NCBI RefSeq assembly: GCF_000002075.1
Contig: NW_004797408.1
Span: 838,341-902,340, forward strand
Direction of reading: 5' to 3'
Length of the DNA stretch: 64,000 nt
From: Aplysia californica
Lineage: Eukaryota
Part shown: one piece after another, positions 23,101 to 38,100 of the stretch
How positions within the stretch are numbered: the first letter of the stretch is position 1
Layout of the letters: each line of letters opens with the position of its first letter
Made by a program: the position numbers and the translations under genes
Notes under the pieces: model-generated
Databases searched by the model: none
What the model was told of the DNA's origin: nothing
What the model saw: only the letters and a program-made list of their open reading frames with translations

Positions 23101-26100
23101 CGCATATTATTATAATTGAACCTTCGGTGATTAAAAAAAGAAAAATTAAAAATTGAGAGCCTTCAAAGTGATGACAACACAGACATGTAAATGCCATGAC
23201 AACTTATAGTCTAGTCAACATGAAACAGATTAAAACAATAACAAATTATTGATAAAAAATAGAAAAAGAAGACCATAACCAGAATGCCTACCAGCAAATC
23301 CAATGACTTGTACTAAAATCGAATAATTGAAAAATGGCTCTTGAAGAATGTACCACAACGGAGTGCTCATTTCCCACACTAAAGCATTTATATCAGGAGG
23401 AAAAAAATGTATTTAGCAAGCTTAGCTAATGCTGCTGTTTTAAAATCTCTAAGCTTCACAATTCTCAGATGTCTAAAACTTGTATAACTTTTTATTTCCC
23501 ATGGTACCACATAAATTTGAAAAGCTGATCAAACTATAATCCCAAAAAATGGAAAAAACAAATATAAAAAGCAAAACTGAAAATAAAGCAAGTGAAAGCA
23601 GTACACAATTGAAAAGTGCATTACATTATTAATCAATATCATATTCCCATCATATAAAAAATCTTTAAAATATATTCAATAACCACTGGTAAGCCAAAAC
23701 ATAAAAGCAAAATAAAAATTATATAACACAAGTCAACAATCATCTGATATGTGACTCATCCAAACTCCAAGAACTTTCAACTTGAGAACTACAAAATTTC
23801 AATAAGTAAAAAAATTCAATTAAAATAACGCTACCGTGGAGATCACTTAAACCAAAATCTATGAGACAGACGCATTTACTTCGGTTCAGTTACATTTTCG
23901 GTTTAGAGATTTTGGCCAATTGATGAGCGCAATGAACGTAGGCAAACATAACACTGGCGTTGCCTCTCTCTGGCCCACAATTGACACACTTGCGTTTTCG
24001 TGCCTCTTCTGTTTTGCTATTTAGAAACCAGTAATACTTGATGATTTGAATTACTTCAGGAGTCACTAGTGAAAAATGAGATGACATAACCCTTGACATT
24101 ATTTTTTTAAGCTAAGAAAATAGGAGCATTTCAGCTGATCGATAGTTTTCTTCCAAATACAAAGAAAAAATTGAGGACTATGTTTTCTTTCGGATAACCA
24201 CTGTTTTTGGTATACCTACATTTGAAATTTTATCATATGGCTGACCACTGTCGAGGAGAGAAGTGGCTGTCTTACAGTGTCAATACAATGTAAAAAAAAC
24301 GGACACGGGGAAATGGTAAGTGGCCATTTATACAGGCGATTGTCTTATACAGAGGGCTGTAAGAGCAGGTTCGACTTTATTTTTGGTTTAAGCTATCTCC
24401 ACTGTATTTTGTTAAGCAAAGATTTCAAAACTGTTGGCAGATCTTACTGTTCTTCTATGCACAGGATTTTGCTGTTAAAAAAGAGGGATCATTGTCAAAA
24501 AGAAGATAAAAACAAAAAGAAAGGAACAAATGATTAGTTTGTACACATGAGGCAAAAAGACACTAGCAAACCTGTTGACAAAAGAGTTAGAGAAGCACTG
24601 AAACAACATTATGAGAGGGAAACAAAACACATCTTTATCTTGCTTCACACAGAGGGGGGATTTACACATACTTTGATTTATGAGTGCATTACATTCGGTC
24701 TTCTGTGAAATTCGTTTCTGCTACATGATCATGAGCCGATGTATACAAGTCACAGCTACACACTGAAATCTTTAAAGCTAGTTTTCTGAAATTGTCCCCA
24801 CTGTAATGAATAACTGCATTATAAGTTAAAACCCCAAGAGGATGTTAAATTTATCCAAGTCCCTTTACTCTCACAAGTGGTGCCACAAATCACAAAGCAA
24901 GGGAAACAGTTGTTATCCATGCTATCTGATTCCAGTTTTGTACCCAGGGTAATCGAGACAAATGGGTAATTTTCTTCGCTTTGAAACTCTCATATTGTTT
25001 GTATGAATTTTTTGAATTCTTACATACAACTTCATTAGAATTGTCAGATTAAAGGGAAAGAAAAAATCATATAGAAAGAAAAGCACTTTCAGAGCACCTA
25101 ACTATTTGAATAAAAACTGAAAATGATCGACAGCCTTGTATAATTCAGTTTTCTGCAAACTCGGGAAACTAAAGCCTAAATGGACATTGGGTTTGCGAAT
25201 GGGTAAACGCATGCTTGCATACTAACAGAGCTCATTTGAACAAACCTGTGTGTATGTGTGCGCGCACACAGCGCATGTGTGTGTGTGTGTGTATGTGTGT
25301 GTGTGTTTGTGTGCGTGTGCGCGAGTTTGTGTGTGTGTGTGTATCTGAGTGTGTTTGTGAGTGCATTAGTTTTAGAAAGAGAGAAAGAGCTATGCTTACC
25401 CCTGAAACAATCAGTTCTCCACTGACACTCTGTACATCAGCCTTGACTTTACTGGTAATGTTCAGCTGGTGGCAATACAAACCAATGCGCTGAAGATAAG
25501 CCTCTAAATCTTTCTTCGACTGAGAGTCTGGACACTGGAAAAAAAGGAAAATATTACATCAACACATTAGTTGTTTTGCTTTTTTTTGCTTTTGTTGTGT
25601 TGTTTTTGTTGTTCTTTCTCGGGGGGGGGGGGAGGGAGTTGGAAGTACAATGATGAGGCTCAATAACATACATAGTTGATATAGAATACCTAATCAAACC
25701 CCATGTTGTTATATTTTTAGTACACTGACACTGATTGAAAACAGGCAAGCAAAAACGTTGAATTTATCCAACTAAAGGAACGTGTGAGCTATCAATCGGG
25801 GAAACAATCATGGAAAGCTTCCCGAGTCATCACATTCCGTCTAAAAGTAGGACAAGGTGAGAAAATCAAGTAAACATACCTGATCTGCAATAGTAGTAGC
25901 AAGTTTGTCCAGATTTGTTCCATGCTCAGAGATTTTCTTGGCGGCATTAATGACGTCCATGGTGCTTTTCAGAGGACCACGACCTCTGTGAGTTAAAAGA
26001 GAGAAAACATTAAACTCATATATATCAATTAAAATTTTACCAAAGCAAAAATACCAAGAGGATTCTCTTGAGGATCAGTACTCATCAACCAAGTTTGATC

Positions 26101-29100
26101 ACAGACGTTGATGAAATTACAGAATCAAATCCAAAACTTTTAACAAGTACAGAAATCTTTTTATTTAGATTAGCAGAAAATATAAAACAACAGCTTGACT
26201 ACTAGATCTTAGAGAAAAAAACCTCTCAAAATCACTCCCTGGATGAGCCAGATTTAAAAAAATGAAACCAAAATGTCAAAAATATTTGCAAGCGGACTCC
26301 GATGCTTTCAGTACTCATCCCTACTTGTAGTCCATTTACAGACTTACCCCTAATCACAGAATAATGTTTTTGGTATCCCTACTCACGAAATAATGCTTCT
26401 GGTATCCCTTATCACAGAAAGTGGACCAACTGGAAGGTACAGAGGCACAATTAGGGATAAGGAAATAACCAAGGGCCTTTTGTATTGTTTTAGTAGAGGT
26501 CTTACGGCGCTCGCAACAGCATAAGGTCATATGAGCGCCAAGGGGTGGATGTCAACAGAAAAGTCATTACAGAGAATCAGGCTTACTCTGCTCACCTCTC
26601 CAGCTTTAACAGTACAAAGTCTGCTTCAACTATCAAGGCACCCCGGAAATAGCGGGTCACAAGAGTGTGACAAACATAAAAAAGAAGTAGAGGAAAATGA
26701 CGATAGTAAGGATTAGGTAAGAAAAAGCAGCAGTTCCCTGTTGCAGTTCGGGCACAGTTATGAGCATGACATTGATGAAACAGTCCATTCACAATTACAA
26801 TTCTACTGTGCATAAGAACATGGTTAATGAGCCCCCTTTGGGAATGGCCTAAAGACACTTCAGTCAGTAGCACCGCCCCAGGGGGGGGTGGACCAAGGGC
26901 CTCGATGTGCCGAAATTGGAAAACGTGGCCAGGGACAGGCAAGCGTGGCGTCAACTGCTCTCCGCCATCTGTACCTGACGGTATCATGAGAGAGTAAGTT
27001 AAGTAAATTATTACAGAAAAACGTTTTTGGTTCTACCACAGCACATCCCCACAAACCTAGTGAAGTCTGTCATCTCCATCATGATCATGCACATCTGCTT
27101 GGCCATGACGATGATGTCATTGCCGCTGTCATCCCACTTGGCCACCTCACGGTCCAGCTTGGCCTTCTCCATGCGGAACATCTCCACCTGTTGCTGGATC
27201 ACCTCCCGCTCCTCCTCAGGCAGCCTCCTCATCATGGCCCGGTCACTCTTGCCCGAATAGTCATCATGGTCCATCACGCTCGCTAAAGAATAAAAAATTT
27301 TTTTAATGGATTTTAAAAATCATTTTAAAAATGCCTGCAATCATGAGTAAGTTAATGAAAACTCTAGAGCAGAATAATCATGACTGATCAGTAATGTTAA
27401 ACATCTCTGCAATCTAGATGACATGAAATAGCATATCAACTGCCAGCTGTTAAAATATATTTAGCCCCAAATTTTTTTAACTTTCTCAATTGCAGTGTCT
27501 TCATCTTTGATATGGTGTTTGCATAAGGTATTCAAGGTACTTTTTTTCGTTGAAATTCAAATTTAAAAAGTCCTCGACTTTGAGTTAAAGACAACCCCCC
27601 CCCCCCCCAAAAAAAAAACGAAGAAAAAATACCCAATCTAGGTACAATTCTTAAAAGAATGAAAGTTTTTTTTTCTCTCCCCTCAAAAATTTTGCTTTAT
27701 GGGCTGACTTTGTTTCACCAGTATGATGATGATACCTCTGTAAAACGATTACAATTTTTCATGAAGGGGGGATGATAAGTCATCTCATTTTTTTTTAAAT
27801 TGCTTTTCAGATAAACTGACAAGTATCAACTATTACCTGCTGATGGCATATAAAAGCACATACACAGGACTGCATGTTTATACACATTTTTCTTAAAATT
27901 AGAATATTCTTAAGCATAAGTATAAAGCAAACAACACATTTCTTTCTTACTTTCTGCTCAGATCCAAACNNNNNNNNNNNNNNNNNNNNNNNNNNNNNNN
28001 NNNNNNNNNNNNNNNNNNNNNNNNNNNNNNNNNNNNNNNNNNNNNNNNNNNNNNNNNNNNNNNNNNNNNGGGGGGAGGGAGTTGGAAGTACAATGATGAG
28101 GCTCAATAACATACATAGTTGATATAGAATACCTAATCAAACCCCATGTTGTTATATTTTTAGTACACTGACACTGATTGAAAACAGGCAAGCAAAAACG
28201 TTGAATTTATCCAACTAAAGGAACGTGTGAGCTATCAATCGGGGAAACAATCATGGAAAGCTTCCCGAGTCATCACATTCCGTCTAAAAGTAGGACAAGG
28301 TGAGAAAATCAAGTAAACATACCTGATCTGCAATAGTAGTAGCAAGTTTGTCCAGATTTGTTCCATGCTCAGAGATTTTCTTGGCGGCATTAATGACGTC
28401 CATGGTGCTTTTCAGAGGACCACGACCTCTGTGAGTTAAAAGAGAGAAAACATTAAACTCATATATATCAATTAAAATTTTACCAAAGCAAAAATACCAA
28501 GAGGATTCTCTTGAGGATCAGTACTCATCAACCAAGTTTGATCACAGACGTTGATGAAATTACAGAATCAAATCCAAAACTTTTAACAAGTACAGAAATC
28601 TTTTTATTTAGATTAGCAGAAAATATAAAACAACAGCTTGACTACTAGATCTTAGAGAAAAAAACCTCTCAAAATCACTCCCTGGATGAGCCAGATTTAA
28701 AAAAATGAAACCAAAATGTCAAAAATATTTGCAAGCGGACTCCGATGCTTTCAGTACTCATCCCTACTTGTAGTCCATTTACAGACTTACCCCTAATCAC
28801 AGAATAATGTTTTTGGTATCCCTACTCACGAAATAATGCTTCTGGTATCCCTTATCACAGAAAGTGGACCAACTGGAAGGTACAGAGGCACAATTAGGGA
28901 TAAGGAAATAACCAAGGGCCTTTTGTATTGTTTTAGTAGAGGTCTTACGGCGCTCGCAACAGCATAAGGTCATATGAGCGCCAAGGGGTGGATGTCAACA
29001 GAAAAGTCATTACAGAGAATCAGGCTTACTCTGCTCACCTCTCCAGCTTTAACAGTACAAAGTCTGCTTCAACTATCAAGGCACCCCGGAAATAGCGGGT

Positions 29101-32100
29101 CACAAGAGTGTGACAAACATAAAAAAGAAGTAGAGGAAAATGACGATAGTAAGGATTAGGTAAGAAAAAGCAGCAGTTCCCTGTTGCAGTTCGGGCACAG
29201 TTATGAGCATGACATTGATGAAACAGTCCATTCACAATTACAATTCTACTGTGCATAAGAACATGGTTAATGAGCCCCCTTTGGGAATGGCCTAAAGACA
29301 CTTCAGTCAGTAGCACCGCCCCAGGGGGGGGTGGACCAAGGGCCTCGATGTGCCGAAATTGGAAAACGTGGCCAGGGACAGGCAAGCGTGGCGTCAACTG
29401 CTCTCCGCCATCTGTACCTGACGGTATCATGAGAGAGTAAGTTAAGTAAATTATTACAGAAAAACGTTTTTGGTTCTACCACAGCACATCCCCACAAACC
29501 TAGTGAAGTCTGTCATCTCCATCATGATCATGCACATCTGCTTGGCCATGACGATGATGTCATTGCCGCTGTCATCCCACTTGGCCACCTCACGGTCCAG
29601 CTTGGCCTTCTCCATGCGGAACATCTCCACCTGTTGCTGGATCACCTCCCGCTCCTCCTCAGGCAGCCTCCTCATCATGGCCCGGTCACTCTTGCCCGAA
29701 TAGTCATCATGGTCCATCACGCTCGCTAAAGAATAAAAAATTTTTTTAATGGATTTTAAAAATCATTTTAAAAATGCCTGCAATCATGAGTAAGTTAATG
29801 AAAACTCTAGAGCAGAATAATCATGACTGATCAGTAATGTTAAACATCTCTGCAATCTAGATGACATGAAATAGCATATCAACTGCCAGCTGTTAAAATA
29901 TATTTAGCCCCAAATTTTTTTAACTTTCTCAATTGCAGTGTCTTCATCTTTGATATGGTGTTTGCATAAGGTATTCAAGGTACTTTTTTTCGTTGAAATT
30001 CAAATTTAAAAAGTACCCCCCACATGAAGGTATGTCTCATTTACCATGACTAAACCGAATTTCCTCGACTTTGAGTTAAAGACAACCCCCCCCCCCCCCA
30101 AAAAAAAAACGAAGAAAAAATACCCAATCTAGGTACAATTCTTAAAAGAATGAAAGTTTTTTTTTCTCTCCCCTCAAAAATTTTGCTTTATGGGCTGACT
30201 TTGTTTCACCAGTATGATGATGATACCTCTGTAAAACGATTACAATTTTTCATGAAGGGGGGATGATAAGTCATCTCATTTTTTTTTAAATTGCTTTTCA
30301 GATAAACTGACAAGTATCAACTATTACCTGCTGATGGCATATAAAAGCACATACACAGGACTGCATGTTTATACACATTTTTCTTAAAATTAGAATATTC
30401 TTAAGCATAAGTATAAAGCAAACAACACATTTCTTTCTTACTTTCTGCTCAGATCCAAACACCCCCCCCCCCCCAATCCCCACACACAAATAATACAACC
30501 AGCAATTTATTTTAAAAAGGAGTAATTTAAAAGAAAAAGAAAAAAAAAGCTGGGACATTTCGGTACTTTACTAAACAACAAAACACCAAAACAAAGCAGG
30601 TATGTTTACCGATCAAAATTGAAAATTACAACACCACAATAACCCCCCAAAACTGACATCCTGGAGTCTTGCTACTTACATTGAGCATAGCCTCCATATT
30701 CATCCTCATAATCTTCACTGTCAGACTCATCGATATCAACCTGCAAAAAAGGAATATAAACCTATATGTTGTAACCCTTTTAGACACAATTTCTAACATG
30801 TTAGGATTTTTCTATCAGATTTCCATCACAACTCTTAATCTACATATTCCGAGGAACATGTTATGAAAATCTGGTGCAGACTGGTTTTAAAAATCTGAAA
30901 AAAAGAGAGCAAACAAAAGTTGAAAACAAATACTGTCGAACGAGTGTAAGACGACCACGCATTGTCGAGGGGAAAAGTGCACATAAGAAGGTGGCTGTCT
31001 TAGGCGGGACTGATCAAAATGAAGAAAATAAACCATTTACTTCTGAGGTCCCAACTGGAGGTGGTCGCAGGCTTTGGAATGCCCAAGGGCTGATTGAAAT
31101 TTGTTGTTTTATTTTTTTTTAAAGGGGGGAGATGATAGGACGTTTTTTGTGGGGCATTTTTTGTTGTTAGTTTTTGGGGGGGTTTTCAAAATTATGGTTC
31201 CCCCAGATGAAAATTTTCTGTTATTCATTGGCCTATTTGGGTAAACATTGGGAGTGAAATAAGCAACATGACCATTTCATCCATTGGAGGGACTGAAAAC
31301 AACGACAGGAGAATGAATTATGACGGCTTGTCCACAGCGTCAGGGGATAATGCATAATTTTTTACAAAGCCTGGCCGTCTCAGGCAGGTAGATTTGGCCG
31401 TGGGTTGATTAAATAGGGTGGCCGCGGGGGACTGTGCCCGTTTTACACAGTTAAATTAAATAGAAAAAAAAACACAAGGGAGGAAATGGAAAGAGGCCGT
31501 TTGTACAGGAGGCCGTCTTATGCAGGAGGCCGTCTTATGCAGGTGGCCGTCCGGGCAGGTTCGACTGTATAAACTGTTTATTGAGAAAATGGGCATTTAA
31601 GTTCAGAAAATATTACAATAGCACGATATCATATTTTAAAACATATATACACAAAAATATATATATAAATCATTTCACTTTGGGTTCACCTTAAATTTTT
31701 CATGGAGACCAGAGTGGAAGAAAATGATTTCAAGTCAGACAGGGTCAAACAATAGATCACTCTAAGACAGCCATTTTTGGCTCTAGTGTTTACAAAGGAC
31801 CAGCAATATACAAAACGTTCTGTAAATATAGGTCACAGATACTTTCTTGGAAGTTACATCATTAATTAGACACTGTCTTATAATTCTGAAAGCAGTGTTA
31901 AAAAATTTTAAATACAGATGTAATTCCAGTATTTTTATGAAATGGAAGCGTTTAAAGACAAAAAATAACTGACTATACTGAAAACAATGAACCAACAGCC
32001 AGGGATCGACTGAATTTTTTTTTTTCAAACAGTACACGAGGAAAGAGAAAAGAACAAAACCATATTTACCCCACTCATGAGTACAGCTTGTCTAATATCT

Positions 32101-35100
32101 CGGACGCCATCATATACTAGTCTTGAGGCTTCAATGAACTCATTTTCATCAACATCTCGTGTTGGATTGGAGCTCAATGCATCAACAGCCATTTCCACTT
32201 TCTCCGCAAAATTAGGCATGACTGTAAAAAGAAAATGTAATAATTCTACTTTCAGACCCAAAGTTTGCTGCACTACACAATTCTAGATATAAATATTAAA
32301 AGTGCAGTAAATTATTAATCTACAATTTGATAACACATCTAACATCAAATCAATAGTCAGAGAAACAAGAGAGAGTGGATAGCTCTATGAGTCTGACACA
32401 AATTCAACAACAAAAGTAAAAAGGAAGGACCAAATGTTAGCTGACTAAATATGTATAAACTGCTAGCCAAGGCCGTTTTTTGGACTAACTTTTCTGCAGT
32501 ACACTGACAAAATGCTTTTTTCTTATTCACAGCAGTTTCGAGATAAAAAAGCGTTTTGTCAGCGTAACCATTTAAAGAAGGCGTTCTTCCGAAATCGGAA
32601 TTCTAATTTATTTATTTATTTAAAAACTAGCCACTGTTTCACATTGACTTTTTACATAAGAAGGGTTACTGATCAGTATGTAGATTTAGCAAATAAAAAA
32701 AATGTGGCACCAAAAATGAAAAAAGGCGTTTTGTAAGTTTAGGGCAGTATTGTTTGGAAGACATCCACAAAACAGAAACCAAGCACAGGAGCACTTCGTT
32801 GCAGAATTTCGCAACCTTTCAAACAGGATATGTTTAATTTTCGTAATTATTTAATCACCATTGACCTTTTAACCCCAACATCCCAAAAGCTTCAGAGGTC
32901 CTTACCTCTTGAAAAAGATTTTAGAGTGCGAGGTAGAGGTTACAAATACAGAACACAGTAAGCTTTGGCCCAGGTAAAAGTAATGACAGTATGTGTCACA
33001 GAAAATGTATTAGTAAAGATATACAGTCGGAATTGTCCAAGAGAAAATTGGCTGTCTTGGGTGGACCTCTTGGACAGTGTCAATATAATAAAGAAAAAAA
33101 CAAGTTGGGGGGGGGGGGGGGGGGGAGAAATGATCATTCATACAGGTGTACAGGTGATCATCTTTGACAAGTGGCAATAGAGTAGGTTCGATTGCAGTTT
33201 TAAAAAACAACCTTCCATGTAACCCCTTTACTTACTCTGGTCTCTGAGCATGATGACTGCCTCCATGACTCTCTCTGTGTACTGGCCAGGCTCATAATTA
33301 TCCATTTCGGCAGAGACAACGTTGCACACTCTCGAAGACCTGCCTCGAATGGCTCCCGCTGTCCTGTCTAGAGTGTCAGGGTCGTTCTCTTGGAGGGCTA
33401 TTACACACTTGTTCACATCTTCCAAGATGTGATTTTCTGGAAAGTGAAAAGTACAGCATTGTCATCAGTCTATCATATATGCCCACAATCATCAGTTTTT
33501 ACAAAGTGTTAGCAAAGTTGAGCAAATTCTAGAGATGTACAAGAGAGCAAGATTCCACACTCTCAATCCACAAATTTTGGGTTCTATTCCTAGCCTGGCT
33601 CAGTGGTATAAGGTCCTCTTGAAGGGTTTTAAAAAAATATTTTTTATAAACTTCCATTGTTCACCAAATCAGAAACAAAAACTTGGTGATCCGCAAAGAA
33701 TGAAATTAGTATAAGAGAGCCAAAAAACATTTCATAAAACCTGAAAAATAGACATTTTCCAATAAAAGAAGTCTCTGAAGAAAATAACAAAAGAAAAAAA
33801 ATCAAACAGCTACAACAACAACAATGTTTACCTGAAACAGCAAGGAAGTCATGGATGGTGGTAATATCATCAACAGCCTCTGTCAGGAGACGAACTTGCT
33901 TCTCCCAAGCATCTTTGAAAACATCCATATTCTCCTGAGCAGCTTTTGATTTGGGTCGAGCAGCCAGAACTCTAGCAGCATTGATAACCTTTTACGGCAT
34001 ACATATAAAAAGGTTAGGTTAGAGATGCTAAGAAAATGGTGAAGATAAGAAAAACTAGATTTTCCAACGGTAGGAATTTCTTTCAGGCTTCACACAATCA
34101 AAAACATAGCTTTTTACTATAGCATTGCTGTGCAACTCACATAAATTTATTGTTCACATATTATGTAACTTAATACCAAGTTTACATGTGCGTACAGCAA
34201 TAATAAATTATATTTAAATCTGACCAATTGAAAGCTTGAAGTAGTGAACATGAATGGATGAGTCTTATGAAACTAATAAAAATAGAAATCTAAAATCAGA
34301 AATTGAATGTTATAAATAAAAAAAAAGAGTTTTCATGTTTTACCAATTATCGTGTAGCTCCCTGGCTACTGACAAAGAGACAAATATTAAAGCCCTTTGC
34401 GAGCTGAATATTATCATCTTGTTAAATGACAACAATCAGGAGCTGGTTGGCTGCTCCACACAGTCACATCTTTCAGTTCTTTATTTAACTTTTGAGAGAT
34501 CAAAACACTTGTAACAACAAGAATAAACAGTTCTCAAAGAGCAAAGCCCAAGTATTGGCAACCCATTATCAAGTATTTTTCTGCTAATAAAAAATTGTAA
34601 CTAGAAGCACCCTCAACACCACCAGACCCTGTGTGAACAGGTTTTGTTCTGCAACCTATAGCCAAACAAAGTATTCAGCGTTGTAGATGTCAAAAGAGGA
34701 AAGAGAACACCTCTCACCTGGGTACACAGATTATCAATTTCCGCAGCAGCCATTCTGACCAGCTTCACACCTTCTTCATTATTCGACATAGAACAGGCAA
34801 GATTAGCAACCTGAGAAGCAGATTAAAAATAAAAACTTCTAAAGTACAGTAAACACAAGTAAAGTGGGCGTACTCAAAAGAATTAATGGCTACATTTCTA
34901 GAATGGAAGTTTTAAAATCAGAAGCCACTTTATATACCCAAAGTCAAAAGCAAACCAATACTTGAATGTTGAAGATCTAGTGAAAGCATTAAAGTTCTTA
35001 GTTGTAGTAAGTCTTAAACCAAACAAAATAGGTAGATACTGTTAATAAACATAACAATTACATTGATCAGGAAGATAAATAAGAGAGTAATGTAAGCAAT

Positions 35101-38100
35101 CTTTTGAAAGTAATTTTATTTGGTGGGACCTCTGATTCATCAACCACCTTCCACGGGGGCGAATGATGATGGTAGACAGCCATGAAATCTCTTCAAACAA
35201 TGCATGTTCAAGAAAATCATATCAAGGATTTAAACCAGGGTGATCCACACCATAGTCCAGCATTATACAATCAAAAACAGAGTAAATCAATAATGTATCC
35301 AATCATTAATGAGAGTTTCAAACAAATTCTTAGAGGAACATAAGAACTTTCAGGAAGAACAGTAACAACTGAAAGAGCAACTAAATAAGAACCACCCAAA
35401 CATTAGAAACAGATTCATTGTCTGTATATATTATATTAAGCAACAATGAAAAAGATGGAAGGACCAGACAAGACCAGAGAGCCCCAAACCCACTACATTC
35501 CTATTCTTGAAACAATTCTTCACATTTAAAAATATCAAAATCCAGAAAAGAGTAAACTGAAGAAAAAAGATATCTCATAAATCCCCGGAAATGTGTCAAA
35601 TGACTGTGTCCTCAGATTGGAAAAAAAGTTACATTTGCGGACCATAGAACACACTCACCTCCACAAGTTTATTTGCATGCTCCATGAACACTTGCGCATA
35701 TTCCTCCACACCCTTCTCATCTCCAGCCTTTGCTGCTTCTATCAGAACAAGCAGGGGAACGTTGGTCTCAAGGAATGTGTCAGATACGTGGTCCACCACT
35801 GCTTTGCGCAACTGTAACCGGAAAGACAAATAAAGTCTGTTTACAATCTAAGAAACAAACAGCATAAAGTCAAGATTTCTTATCATCTCCAATAAACAAT
35901 AGACTACAGTTCAAGAGACTTCTGTATCTGTGACATTCACCCGTGGATTGCTATCATTACAGCGCAAATTTTAAATTCATTACGTACCATTTACTAGCTT
36001 TAATGAAAACTGAACACTTTTTTAAAAATTGGACATTTAGACAGAACATAATATATACATAAGAAATAGGAAAAAAAAGTCAAAACACAAGTTAAAAAAC
36101 AGAACTATTTACTTGCAATGAATATTGTTTTATACTACCAGAACAACCTTGTTCAACCCTTATGGTGCTGGTGTCAATATACCTGTCTTCGCAGATCTTT
36201 TGTTTTCTTGGTCATGTTGTCAATGGCCTGCTCCAGCTCCTCACTGGGTTCTTTCTTCCCGGCCTGTAAAAACATCATGAAATGTATATATAAGAAATCA
36301 CCACATACAAAAGACATCAATTCAAAGACAATGAAAGGAATGGAACCCAACAGCATCGTAAAACTCTTGGCATCTACAGATTTTTTCTGCATGATTTTTT
36401 TGTACACCTAAGTTAACAATGCTTTTTATTTCAGGTTATTTATTAGGTGCCACGAGTCATGATCCTGCCCAAAGAGAGTAGTTAAGACTACCAGACAAAA
36501 TAAACCACATCAAAACTTTTGGACTTTAATGTCAGTATTGCTATATCCACCACACTAACCCCATCAATGATCTTGACAACACAGTAAAAGTATGAAAGAC
36601 AGAAAACAAGAAACAAAAATCATCTTTATCTTTCGAAAAGAGCTGTATGTAGAAAATGCCAATGAAATACTCACTTGTGAGTCATGGCATATAAATTCAA
36701 CACACCGACAACTATTATCTTTACATGGTATCTGCATGCCTACGTTAGGTGATTAGTGATTTTTTTTTTTTCAAATAGTAAACCTAACAGTGACAACAAG
36801 GTGAAAAATTGGAATCTTTAGAAGCACAGAAACAAGATCATAAAGACATTGCAATTGGGAAAAAAAAGAACTCCACATGCAGCATACAGAAGTCATGAAT
36901 CTTCCAGTACAACTCCGCACAACAAGGCACGATTAGTGTGAAAACACTTTTTAACAACATTTTCAAGGTCAAAGAACATTAGAAATGAAGAATGAGATGA
37001 AGATCAGTACAATTCACATGACAAACTATGAAAGAGACGCTGAGTTGATTGTGTTGTTGTACCCTTCACATGGGCCAAGAAATCACTTATTTACAACACA
37101 TAAATTGTGCATGAGGCACTTCAGATACACCTAGAAAAAACAATGACTTCACTTTCTGATTTTTACTTCCTCCCCAACTCACCCTTCAGTTACCCTGAAG
37201 CTGTTTTCTTCCAAGTTTCTGACGCTAATATGTATCTTATTACCCTAAACTGTGATCATTTTATACTTTCACCGTTGTATGCATGGTCTGATATACTCTG
37301 CACATAACCAGTACTTTATTTAGATCTAAATTTGGACATAGCAACATCATGCGCAAAACAAAAGAAAAAAGAATCATCAAAAGAAATTTGATGCGATTAA
37401 CTTCAGTGTCATCTTAACTTAACATGCTCAATAAACATAATGTGTACACTTCTTTCAAATAACATAAAACCTGGGGACATAAAGCAAACTTGATTTTAGT
37501 GTATAAGAGCGGGTTTTAGTAGGCAAAGAACATGCTTAATTAATATTTACACTGATCATTTTGCTGTTCTGATACTACAATGGGACAAAGGGTAGGAAAT
37601 AAGTACAATAAATCGAGCAGGAAAAACAACTGGTTCAATTCCATTCCTACATCCAAGGCCACGTTCATGTGGTTACCTTGTTCTTTATCATGGGTTTCCC
37701 ACACTGGTCATGAAATAAATCAAGAGATAAGAAACAGACAGCTTAAGAACAGCAAGAATTCAAATTTATGAAATGCACAAAACAGTGGAGCCAATGTGAT
37801 ATCGTCAAGCAATGTCAATAATTCTATTCATTATCAACGAGTCATACTTCTATCTTTGTTTTGTTTTTTGTTCTGCGATACACTTTTTTGAAAAAGTACA
37901 CTCTCTTGGATTAATTTTTTTTTAATTTCCAATCTAAAGTGACTTGTACAGAAGAGAGTTCCACTGCAAAAATAAAGAAATGACACAGATCAGGCGGGAA
38001 AAAAAAAAAAAGGCCGAAGTGGGGCAGAGTTGTCAAGTTGGGCAGCAGTTCAAATCTAAACAAGTTGACTTAACATACAACACCTCTAAGGATTTACGGG

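Larger units (their letters stand above)
25627..30460. repeat. Near-identical 2.4-kb direct duplication (25627-27969 and 28070-30460) flanking a 100-N gap
   Basis: Copies match at offset 2443, then at 2491 after a 48-bp indel (30015-30062). Confidence 0.95.

Noticed and set aside
22924-25399. Searched for an alphaN-catenin-II-type cassette exon after ELIVSG, including ORF 23890..24099
   Set aside because: I found no convincing in-frame phase-0 exon with good splice sites.
26531-26987. Recurrent ORFs (SRHPGNSGSQ.. at 7.9, 11.3, 26.5 and 29.0 kb) suggesting a small gene family
   Set aside because: They are incidental translations of the non-coding SINE-like repeat; frames and stops differ between copies.
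31490-31567. Short regularly spaced repeats (ggccgtcttatgcagg) superficially like a CRISPR array
   Set aside because: They have no unique spacers and are subterminal repeats of a eukaryotic MITE.
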